Source: Thermoplasmata archaeon
GTDB lineage: Archaea > Thermoplasmatota > Thermoplasmata > Thermoplasmatales > Thermoplasmataceae
Direction: 5' to 3'
DNA length: 56,067 nt
Assembly: GCA_021818765.1 (NCBI GenBank)
Contig: JAKATM010000001.1
Location: 1-56,067, forward strand
Part shown: piece after piece, positions 8,427 through 16,707 of the stretch
How the letters are laid out: each line of letters opens with the position of its first letter
Position numbering within the stretch: position 1 is the stretch's first letter
The notes under the pieces: model-generated
Databases searched by the model: none
What the model saw: the letters and a program-made list of their open reading frames with translations, nothing else
Told to the model about the DNA's origin: nothing
Made by a program: the position numbers and the translations under genes

Positions 8427-10436
8427 ATGCACGAATCATCCACACAAATTCCGATCAAGAAAGGGCAGCGTTTTGCGGACGCTCTCGGCCGCAAGGACGG
8501 CGATATCGTTGCTGCAAGGTTCAATGGCGCACTGTTTGATCTATCCAGTATTTCGCCCTCAGATGGTACATTCGAGGCAGTCAATATCCACTCTAAGGAT
8601 GGCATGAAGATACTCAGGCATTCTGCCGCTCACCTTATGGCACAGGCAACCCTTCAGATCTATCCGGACGCGCGCCTTAATGCAGGTCCCCCGACAGAGG
8701 ATGGTTTTTATTACGACATAATGATGGATCCTATATCCTCCGAGGATCTTGGCAATATAGAGAAGGTTATGAAGAAGCTGGCAGAGGAAAATATACCAAT
8801 TGTGAGGGAGGAAAAGTCGAAGGATGACCTTCTAAAGTTGTTCCATGACAATCCTTTCAAGATCGACAAGATTAGAGATAACGTGCCTGATGGTTCCAAA
8901 TCATCCATATATGTGCAGGGAAGCTTCAAGGACTTCTGCACCGGCCCTCATGTCCCATCGACCGGTTACCTGAAAAATGTGAAGCTTCTTTCACTGGCAT
9001 CGACCAACTATAAAGGTGACGAGAAAAGGGAGAAGCTTGTTCGCATCTACGGCACCGTGTTTCCGTCGGATAAGGAACTGAGGGATTACCTGAAGATGCG
9101 TGAAGAGGCCCTGAAGCGTGATCACCGCAAGGTTGGCCAGGAAATGGATCTTTTCGTGTTCAGCTCCGAACGGGCCCCTGGGTTTCCACTTTACACCCCA
9201 AATGGTACCGTCATAAGGAATGAGCTCATCTCCTTCATGCATGAACTGAACGCTAGGAACGGCTGGCAGGAAGTCTCCACACCGCACATCTTTACGGATA
9301 CAATGTGGAAGCAATCCGGGCATTACGCGAAGTACAAGGATAACATGTACACATTTGAGTTCAAGGATGGAACCGGTTACGCGGTTAAGCCGATGAACTG
9401 CCCCGGACACATAACCATTTTTGAAAGGGAGCCGCACAGCTACAGGGATCTACCAGTAAAGTATTCGGAGCCGGGCCAGGTATACAGATACGAGAAGTCG
9501 GGCGAGGTCGGAGGTCTAACAAGGCCAAGGACTTTCACTATCGACGATGGTCATGGTTTCATGCGGGCAGATCAGCTTGTGGACGAAATAAAGAGCATTA
9601 TAGAAATGACAAGGGAGACATTCAGGCTCCTTGGAGAGAGCAAGCTGGATTTTGAGCTGAGCGTTATGGACGAGGATCATCCGGAAAACTACCTCATCGA
9701 GTATGTCTGCCAGAATTGCGGTACCGTTTTCCATGCAAGGAAGGTTGCTGGAGAGGGCGAACTTCAGTGCCCCAGCTGCGGATCCGACAGCATTAGCCCG
9801 GATCTATCCAAATGGAAGGAGGCAACGGAAAGCCTCCGTACTGCCCTGAAGGAATCAGGCATCTCATACGAAGAGCTGAAGGGGGAAGCCGCATTCTACG
9901 GTCCCAAGATTGATGTTCACGTGGCAGACGCAATAGGTAGGAAGTGGCAGTGTTCCACCATCCAGGTCGACTTCATGATGCCAATCAACTTCAACCTTCA
10001 GTACGTGAACCAGGCCGGAAAGAAGGAAAACCTGGTAATGCTTCACCGTGCGGTCTTCGGCAGTTACGAGAGATTCATGGCTATACTCATTGAAAATTTT
10101 GCGGGAAACCTGCCCACATGGATCTCGCCAATGCAGGTTTTCATAGCGCCTGTATCGGAGAAGTATCTCGAATACAGCGAAAAGGTTCTTGCCGACATGC
10201 TCAGGAATGGGATAAGAGCGCACCTCGACAGGGGTACCGAGACACTGAACAAGAAGCTGAAGATGATAAGGAGCAAGCGTCCATCCTATATTGTAGTGGT
10301 TGGTGAAAGGGAGCTTGAATCCGGGAAGATTACCGTCCGGAACAGGAAAAACGAGCAGAAAGAGATGACTGTGCCAGTATTCATTGATGCAATTGGCAAG
10401 GAAATAAGGGAGAGATCTCCCGTCCAGGCTATCTGA
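8427..10436 (+). CDS. thrS: Threonyl-tRNA synthetase (bacterial-type N2 editing domain) with a CxxC..CxxC insertion in the catalytic core
   Basis: 669 aa. TGS-like N-terminus, editing-domain motifs HSAAHLMAQA and CTGPHV, class II core (KPMNCPGH, YRYEKSGEVGGLTRPRTFTIDDGH, GEAAFYGPKIDV) and an anticodon-binding C-terminus. An extra segment YVCQNCGTVFHARKVAGEGELQCPSCGS is present. Confidence 0.95.
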   Translation: MHESSTQIPIKKGQRFADALGRKDGDIVAARFNGALFDLSSISPSDGTFEAVNIHSKDGMKILRHSAAHLMAQATLQIYPDARLNAGPPTEDGFYYDIMMDPISSEDLGNIEKVMKKLAEENIPIVREEKSKDDLLKLFHDNPFKIDKIRDNVPDGSKSSIYVQGSFKDFCTGPHVPSTGYLKNVKLLSLASTNYKGDEKREKLVRIYGTVFPSDKELRDYLKMREEALKRDHRKVGQEMDLFVFSSERAPGFPLYTPNGTVIRNELISFMHELNARNGWQEVSTPHIFTDTMWKQSGHYAKYKDNMYTFEFKDGTGYAVKPMNCPGHITIFEREPHSYRDLPVKYSEPGQVYRYEKSGEVGGLTRPRTFTIDDGHGFMRADQLVDEIKSIIEMTRETFRLLGESKLDFELSVMDEDHPENYLIEYVCQNCGTVFHARKVAGEGELQCPSCGSDSISPDLSKWKEATESLRTALKESGISYEELKGEAAFYGPKIDVHVADAIGRKWQCSTIQVDFMMPINFNLQYVNQAGKKENLVMLHRAVFGSYERFMAILIENFAGNLPTWISPMQVFIAPVSEKYLEYSEKVLADMLRNGIRAHLDRGTETLNKKLKMIRSKRPSYIVVVGERELESGKITVRNRKNEQKEMTVPVFIDAIGKEIRERSPVQAI

Positions 10437-10442
10437 GCAGGA

Positions 10443-11495
10443 TCATCCGGGTGATGAGGCTGGTGTTCCTGCCTTTGCCTTTCTTATCTCCTCGGTGAGC
10501 TTCGGAAGTGCCTTCGATGCATCTGCATTTATGAAGTAGTCTGAGAACTTCACGATTGGTGCCTCGGGGTCTGTGTTGATCGAGATAATTGTCTCGCTAG
10601 CCTTCATTCCGACTATGTGCTGTATCTTTCCCGATATACCTGCGGCAATGTACAGTTTCGGCCTCACGGTCTGGCCGGTCTGGCCGACCTGGTGCTCGTA
10701 CGGAATCCATCCAAGATCCACTACGGGTCTTGATGCGCCCACCTGACCTCCAAGAGAATCAGCCAGGTCCTTAACAAGCTTGAATCCTGATGCATTTCCA
10801 AGTCCAAGTCCACCGGATACGATGATCTTTGCCGATGTCAGGTCAAGCCGATCCTTCTGCTTGAATTCAATCGTTTTATGCTCTCCGGCGTATTTTGCCA
10901 TCTTCACCTTCTTGATTGTGACTTCGCATTTGTGGTTCTCTACCTTATCGGGCATTTTGTAGCTTCCCGGTCGTGACGTGATCATCTGCGGCCTGTGCCT
11001 CTTGCACAGTATCTGGTCGATTGTCTTGTCCCCGAACGATGGTCTCCATGCTATCAGCAGGCGGTTAGGCACGTCGACGTCGAGTTCAATGCAGTCAGCT
11101 GCAACGCCGGTTCTCGTCCTGATGGCGATCCTGGAGACAAGGTCCCTGCCCTCCCTGCTTCCTGAAATCAGGAATATGTTGGGCTTGTAGTTTTCCACAA
11201 AAGACGTTATGAACTCAGTGTACGCAACGCTTGAGAATCCGCTGAAATCGGTTACCTCAGCCCCGAGGAAAACGTCGCAGCCGTATGATTCTGCTTCTGC
11301 AGCTATTCCCTTCAGGTTCTTTCCTACGGCAACCCCAACGGCTTTCTCATTGAGCTTGTGTGCAAGCTCTTCAGCCTTTCCGAGCATCTCCAGGGAACCC
11401 CTTGTCAGCTTCCCGTTCTTGTGCTCCAGATATACGAAAACGTCATGGTATTCCTCCGGATGTTCCGGCACCACGCAGTTGATAAGTTCGACCAT
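10443..11495 (-). CDS. etfA: Electron transfer flavoprotein alpha subunit (FixB/EtfA)
   Basis: 350 aa. C-terminal FAD-binding region (IVSGGLGLG.., ASRPVVDLGW.P...QVGQTG..V.PKLYIAAGISGKIQH) is typical of EtfA. The start shares 1 nt with the etfB stop (TAATG). Confidence 0.9.
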   Translation of the reverse strand: MVELINCVVPEHPEEYHDVFVYLEHKNGKLTRGSLEMLGKAEELAHKLNEKAVGVAVGKNLKGIAAEAESYGCDVFLGAEVTDFSGFSSVAYTEFITSFVENYKPNIFLISGSREGRDLVSRIAIRTRTGVAADCIELDVDVPNRLLIAWRPSFGDKTIDQILCKRHRPQMITSRPGSYKMPDKVENHKCEVTIKKVKMAKYAGEHKTIEFKQKDRLDLTSAKIIVSGGLGLGNASGFKLVKDLADSLGGQVGASRPVVDLGWIPYEHQVGQTGQTVRPKLYIAAGISGKIQHIVGMKASETIISINTDPEAPIVKFSDYFINADASKALPKLTEEIRKAKAGTPASSPG

Positions 11496-12295
11496 TATGC
11501 ATCATCCCCGATCTTGATTATACCTTTTTTCACGAGTTCATCGACAAGTGCAGGTATTTCCTCCAACTTGACGGGCTTGGATTCCCTCTTCCTCTCCTCC
11601 GGTATCTTCAGGGCGCCTACAAGCGTTGGTGATCCTTTCAGTCCGACCCAGTCCACCGGAAGGCTCAGTGTGTCATGATCCCACTTCTCCACCCCTTTCT
11701 TGATTGCGTCGACCTTCAGCCTTAGCTTGGACCTCCTCGGAAGGTTTGAGTTTATCAGCACTGTAACGAGGACGGGCGGTTTTGTACTCACGACCTCTAT
11801 ACCGTCTTCCAGTTCCCTTTCAGCGATAAGCATTCCGGATTCAATCCTGGAATCTACTGTATATGTGACCTGGTCTATTTCAAGAAATTCTGCAACTCCT
11901 GGACCTACATGCCCTGTGCCTGAATCGGTAGTGCTCTCCCCTGAAAATATAATGTCAAAATCCCCAATCTTCTTTACCGCTGCGGCAAGCGTAAGCGATG
12001 TTGCGTACGTATCTGCTGCTGCGAAGACCCTGTCAGTTATAAGTATGCCGCGATCGGCTCCTCTTCCCATGCACTCTATGATTGCATTTTCCGCCTGGGG
12101 AGGGCCCATTGATATGACTGTGATCTCGCCGCCCTCTTTTTCCTTTATCCTCAATGCTGCCTCGAGGGCGTTTTCATCGGAAGGGTTGATGATTCCCCTG
12201 GCCTGTGACCTGTTCAGCGTGTACTTCACCGGATCGATGAATATCTCTTCTGCATCCGGCACCTGTTTCATCATCACTATCATTTTGAGCGCCAC
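11495..12295 (-). CDS. etfB: Electron transfer flavoprotein beta subunit (FixA/EtfB)
   Basis: 266 aa. MKQVPD...NPSDENALEAALRIKE and DIIFSGESTTDSGTGHVGPGVAEFL are typical of EtfB. Confidence 0.9.
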   Translation of the reverse strand: MALKMIVMMKQVPDAEEIFIDPVKYTLNRSQARGIINPSDENALEAALRIKEKEGGEITVISMGPPQAENAIIECMGRGADRGILITDRVFAAADTYATSLTLAAAVKKIGDFDIIFSGESTTDSGTGHVGPGVAEFLEIDQVTYTVDSRIESGMLIAERELEDGIEVVSTKPPVLVTVLINSNLPRRSKLRLKVDAIKKGVEKWDHDTLSLPVDWVGLKGSPTLVGALKIPEERKRESKPVKLEEIPALVDELVKKGIIKIGDDA

Positions 12296-12299
12296 GATA

Positions 12300-12581
12300 T
12301 CACCCGTACTTGTACTTCACTCCATGGCCGCCCTTCGGGTTAGACCATGCCACTGAACCGTGCGAGCATGCAAAGAAGCAAGTTCCGCATTCGACGCAAT
12401 CCTCGTACTTGAAGTTGAGCTTACCCTCGATCAGTGTAAAGCAGCTTGCCGGGCATGCAAAAGTGCAGAAGTGATCCGGACAGACTGCACATATATCCGG
12501 CTTGATCGTTATGTGCTCATATCCCTTATCGGTCTTGTAATTCAACAGTGACAGCTTTTCCTCAATTTGCATTTTATTCAC
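12300..12581 (-). CDS. fixX: Ferredoxin-like protein FixX
   Basis: 93 aa with cysteine clusters CAVCPDHFCTFACP and CVECGTCFFAC. It sits between fixC and etfB. Confidence 0.85.
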   Translation of the reverse strand: MNKMQIEEKLSLLNYKTDKGYEHITIKPDICAVCPDHFCTFACPASCFTLIEGKLNFKYEDCVECGTCFFACSHGSVAWSNPKGGHGVKYKYG

Positions 12582-13876
12582 ATCCTCCTGACGGCACGGT
12601 ATGCTTCCATAATGAGCTGAGACTTTGACATGCCAGTTCCCGCCGATGACTCCAGCAGGATTTCATATAGATGCCTCTTTGGCTGGCCTGTCTCGTAGAA
12701 CAGGTTGAAGAATACATTCTCCGCCATTTTCGGGACAGCCCTGTGCATCAGGTTGCTCCATGTAACTCCCTCTATCCCCTTGAATGTCTTCAGGTCCTCA
12801 AGAACATAATTTGATGACAACCTGTCGTCATAAGACTTCAGAAAATCGGCAGAATAGTTGTTCTTAGACTTGGCGGCAATAGCCGTTTCGGCAGCTGCAA
12901 TTCCAGACGTGATTGCATAGTTCATTCCCTGGATGACGAGCCCGTTGCTGAAAGAGAGGCTTGCGGAATCTCCTGCTATCATGTATCCATCGCCACTCAG
13001 CCTCGGCACAGACTGTATGCCACCCTCGCATACAAGGTGTGCACTGTATTCGTCAACCTTTCCGCCCTCGATATAGGGTGCAATGAACGGGTGGGTGACA
13101 AACTGCTCCATGATATTGTATGAATATACGCTGTTGTTGGCCCTGAGATCAGCAGCGTTTACCACAACGCCAATAGAGATAGAATCCTTGTTTGTATAGA
13201 GGAATCCGCCCGCCTTCACGCCATCAGGGAGGAATCCAAGCACATATTCGCCTGCATATCCCTGTGATCCTCTCAGGTTGAACCTCTCATTTATTGTAGC
13301 CTCCGGAAGCTTCACTACCTCCTTTATGCCTATGGCAACGTCGCGGTCCCCGATGGGCTTCCTCAAGCCGGAATCTATTGCAACCCTTGGATTTGCCCCT
13401 TCGGCAAGGATGACGACATCAGATGTTATCACGTCTCCATCCTGCTCAACCCCAATGACCTTCTTATCCTTGAATGCCACCTTATCCACAGTGATGCCGG
13501 TGACAAGGGTTGCACCGGATGCTTTCGCCTTGTTTGCCAGGAACTGGTCAAACTTTGCCCTGAGCACTGAGTACCCGGTCTTGTTTTTCTCGAATTTCTT
13601 CGACCTGAAATCAATGGAGATAAGCGAATCCTCTGTAAGAAGACCCGTCCCCTTTGACAGTACGTATCTCTCCATAGGGGCAGTTTTCTCCCAGTCGGGT
13701 ATTACCTGCGCAAGTTCGTTTCCCCAGAGTATGCCTCCGGAGACATTCTTGCTTCCCGGAGGATCTGATCTCTCCACAAGCAGAACGTTAAGACCGGAAG
13801 AGGCAAGCTTTATTGCAGTTGATGAACCTGCGGGGCCAGCCCCGACAACAATAGCATCAAATTCGCTCATCCTCAC
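12578..13876 (-). CDS. fixC: FAD-dependent ETF:quinone oxidoreductase-like protein FixC
   Basis: 432 aa with an N-terminal dinucleotide fold (FDAIVVGAGPAGSSTAIKLA). The length and the 4-nt overlap with fixX fit FixC. Confidence 0.85.
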   Translation of the reverse strand: MRMSEFDAIVVGAGPAGSSTAIKLASSGLNVLLVERSDPPGSKNVSGGILWGNELAQVIPDWEKTAPMERYVLSKGTGLLTEDSLISIDFRSKKFEKNKTGYSVLRAKFDQFLANKAKASGATLVTGITVDKVAFKDKKVIGVEQDGDVITSDVVILAEGANPRVAIDSGLRKPIGDRDVAIGIKEVVKLPEATINERFNLRGSQGYAGEYVLGFLPDGVKAGGFLYTNKDSISIGVVVNAADLRANNSVYSYNIMEQFVTHPFIAPYIEGGKVDEYSAHLVCEGGIQSVPRLSGDGYMIAGDSASLSFSNGLVIQGMNYAITSGIAAAETAIAAKSKNNYSADFLKSYDDRLSSNYVLEDLKTFKGIEGVTWSNLMHRAVPKMAENVFFNLFYETGQPKRHLYEILLESSAGTGMSKSQLIMEAYRAVRRM

Positions 13877-14133
13877 TAAATGGCATGGTCGTTAAAAAAG
13901 GTTGCAATGGTATGTTAATGCCCAAGTTAAAGTCCCAATTACTTTTCGGGCAATTTTAAAAAGATGATGCCCATATCACATGATCATCCATCCTGCCAGG
14001 TGAGTCCAGTAATCTCATTTATTCTCGAAAATTTTTTTGTGTCAGCATTAAGCCGCAAGAGTTCAGTGCTTATTTGTCTTTTTATATCCAGCATACAAAA
14101 CAGTCCTGGAAAAATTGATTTCAGGCAATTTAC

Positions 14134-14802
14134 TTGCGGAGTGAATTGAAAGATCACGCCCAGATATACAAGAGGCTGAATGAGTATTTCGGGGATCTTC
14201 ACTGGTGGCCTGCAGAGACCAATGACGAGATCCTGATCGGAAGCATCCTGACTCAGAATACTTCATGGAAGAATGTTGAAAAGGCAATTTTGACTCTTAA
14301 GGAGGAGAACCTGCTCTCCCTGCCCGCTATCGCCGGAGCAAATGAGGAAGCAATCGCACTGAGGATCTGGAGTTCCGGTTTCTTCAGGCAGAAGGGTTCC
14401 AGGATTAAGAGCATAGCGGCAACAATAGTCGATCAGTACGGCAGTATTGATGCAATGCAGTCGCTTACAACGCAAGATCTTGCTGATTTCTTCGGCGGCC
14501 TCAAGGGAATCGGGCAGGAAACACTTGATTCAATTCTTCTATACGTTTTCAACCGGCCGGTCATGGTTATAGATTCCTACACGAGGAGAATTATTTCCCG
14601 GCTTGATTACCCGGAAGAGGCTGGTGATGCTGAGATAAGGGAAAAAGCACTCTCTGATCTCATGCATTCTGTCGGAACCCTGAAAAATTATCATGCATGT
14701 CTTGTTGAACTGGGCAAGAGGTTCTGCAGAAAATCGCCTGAGTGTGCCGGATGCCCCTTGAACAGCGACTGCAATTACGCTATGGTCTTAAGTTCCCCAT
14801 AG
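14134..14802 (+). CDS. Endonuclease III-related HhH-GPD DNA glycosylase with a 4Fe-4S loop
   Basis: 222 aa. WWPAETNDEILIGSILTQNTSWKNVEKA, the helix-hairpin-helix LKGIGQETLDSILLY and a C-terminal CRKSPECAGCPLNSDC. TTG start at 14134 or 14146. Confidence 0.8.
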   Translation: MRSELKDHAQIYKRLNEYFGDLHWWPAETNDEILIGSILTQNTSWKNVEKAILTLKEENLLSLPAIAGANEEAIALRIWSSGFFRQKGSRIKSIAATIVDQYGSIDAMQSLTTQDLADFFGGLKGIGQETLDSILLYVFNRPVMVIDSYTRRIISRLDYPEEAGDAEIREKALSDLMHSVGTLKNYHACLVELGKRFCRKSPECAGCPLNSDCNYAMVLSSP

Positions 14803-15998
14803 CCAATAAGGCGCCACCTGTTGGAAATCCTTCTTCCAATGGCAACCCGTGTGCCGACGTTTGCTGCAACCGGGTACCTGAGGCTGACTTCAATGTCATC
14901 CTTTCTTGCGGAGTTCACTATTGCAACGGTATTTGCCGTGCCTACTGTGAGCATGAGGCTCTCCTTGCTCTTTATCGGCGTGATAGTCTGCTCCTCGGCA
15001 AAACCTACCACCCTTGTAAGCAGGTGTGTTTCAACCACTGCATCTGATACCACTGGAGGCGCCTTCCCGACGTTACCGACAATCCTGCCTGTAAAGGAGT
15101 CGTTCTTTGTAAGGAATGGATCAAGTTTGGTGCCGACTGCGGCCAGCCCTCCCGGTCTTATCCTGTCGAGGCTGCTGGTTCCTGCCCTTAGGCTCGTTAT
15201 CTCGGTTATCACGTTTTCCCATGTCTGCTTGTTGCCTCGCGTTATCTGAATACCGGGCGATATCTCGATCTCCTGCCCAACCCGCAATTCACCCGTCACC
15301 AGTGAACCGCCTAGGACACCCCCGACAAGCTTGACAGGGTTTGTTCCTGGCTTGTTGACGTCAAAAGACCTAGCAACATACATCATTGGATCCTTCGAAG
15401 GATCAAATACAGGAGAAGGTATCCTCTCCTCGATTGCCTTGAAGAGCGAGTCTATGTTCACATTGTGATAGGCGCTCACCGGTATTATCGGTGCATCCTC
15501 CGCCACACTTCCCTTGAGGAAAACCTTTATTTCATTGTAGTTTTCTATCGCCTTCTCCCTTGTGACGAGATCTATCTTGTTCTGTGCCACTACTATGTTC
15601 CTGATACCCATGATCTCGAGCGCTGTCAGGTGTTCCCTGGTCTGCGGCTGTGGACATTTTTCGTTCGCGGCTATTACAAGTAGGGCACCGTTCATAATGG
15701 ATGAGCCGGCAAGCATCGTGGCCATCAGTGTCTCATGCCCGGGTGCATCAACAATTGAAATTGATCTTGAGACTGTGCATTTTCCTTCTTCAGGGGTCCT
15801 GGAGTAATATACCTCGCCGTTCTCGTTTGTGCACTTATAAATTGTCACGTCGGCATAACCGAGCTTGATCGAAATTCCCCTCTTTATCTCCTCGGAGTGC
15901 GTGTCGGTCTTTGTTCCTGTCAGGGCCTGAGTAAGCGTGCTCTTCCCATGATCGACGTGGCCGACCATTCCTATGTTAACACTTGGTTGAGAATCCAT
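14775..15998 (-). CDS. eif2g: Translation initiation factor aIF2 gamma subunit
   Basis: 407 aa. GTPase motifs GHVDHGKST, DAPGHE and NKID, followed by EF-Tu-like domains II/III. The start shares 1 nt with the rps6e stop (TGATG). Confidence 0.95.
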   Translation of the reverse strand: MDSQPSVNIGMVGHVDHGKSTLTQALTGTKTDTHSEEIKRGISIKLGYADVTIYKCTNENGEVYYSRTPEEGKCTVSRSISIVDAPGHETLMATMLAGSSIMNGALLVIAANEKCPQPQTREHLTALEIMGIRNIVVAQNKIDLVTREKAIENYNEIKVFLKGSVAEDAPIIPVSAYHNVNIDSLFKAIEERIPSPVFDPSKDPMMYVARSFDVNKPGTNPVKLVGGVLGGSLVTGELRVGQEIEISPGIQITRGNKQTWENVITEITSLRAGTSSLDRIRPGGLAAVGTKLDPFLTKNDSFTGRIVGNVGKAPPVVSDAVVETHLLTRVVGFAEEQTITPIKSKESLMLTVGTANTVAIVNSARKDDIEVSLRYPVAANVGTRVAIGRRISNRWRLIGYGELKTIA

Positions 15999-16393
15999 CA
16001 GTTGCTTACCTTTGCCTCTTCCCCTTCAAGAGGGTTGGGGCCATACTGTATTATCTTAAGATTGAGCTGCGAAATATCTGTCCCGACGATTGCTCCCCGT
16101 ACAGTAACACGCTTCCTCTTGCCGTCTTTTCCGGCTTTTCCCCTCGTATAGGTTTTCAAGATCTTCTTCTTACCGGAAAGCTGAAGGTCGGATCTCATTG
16201 CAAAACCGTCAACTGAGGTCCCTCCAGTCAATTTCAGCCTGTATCCTGGTAGATTAAAGAATATACCATCAAGTTCTTCTCCTATCTTTCTTCCTGCTAG
16301 CGAGCCCAGGTTCTCCGGAGAGACTTCTCTCTTGTGTGTCTTGCCGGTCTTTGGATCCGCAATTAGTGCTACAGCATTTGCCATTATTTTCAC
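15998..16393 (-). CDS. rps6e: 30S ribosomal protein S6e
   Basis: 131 aa. ..DPKTGKTHKREV....GRKIGEELDG......GYRLKLTGGTSVDGFAMR.. is typical of S6e. Confidence 0.9.
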   Translation of the reverse strand: MKIMANAVALIADPKTGKTHKREVSPENLGSLAGRKIGEELDGIFFNLPGYRLKLTGGTSVDGFAMRSDLQLSGKKKILKTYTRGKAGKDGKRKRVTVRGAIVGTDISQLNLKIIQYGPNPLEGEEAKVSN

Positions 16394-16707
16394 TCCTGAT
16401 CAACGTTGGTCTAAGGTGCCCCTTATTTTTCATGAGTTAATAAATAATCTGATACCTGACCCAATGTCGCAAGCTACCGGGCAGCTTCGACCATGGAGCC
16501 ATGGCATTCCTCATTCGACAATGCACAATTTATTCTGGAAATATGAGAAAATGTTCCAAATGGAAATGGGTTAAGTTGAAAGCGACTCGAAGTATACGAG
16601 TACCTGAACATGCTTTCCAATGACAAGTGTTATGATGTTACCGAAATATGTCAGCCGCTGTTTGATCGGAAGTGAAAGTAGTTTTATCCAACTGATCATT
16701 ACACCCT

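Noticed and set aside
11700-12356. 218-aa + strand ORF antisense to etfB. Similar long antisense ORFs lie at 13278-13895, 31877-32458, 32769-33422, 34007-34741 and 36723-37343
   Set aside because: All lie exactly opposite well-identified genes and have Ser/Pro/Thr-rich low-complexity translations with no start context. They are typical stop-poor antisense frames of codon-biased genes.
16632-16695. Possible box C/D sRNA (ATGATGT ... CTGA) in the rps6e/kae1 intergenic region
   Set aside because: The C box is imperfect, no proper D' or C' boxes lie at 12-nt guide spacing, and the flanks cannot form the terminal stem.
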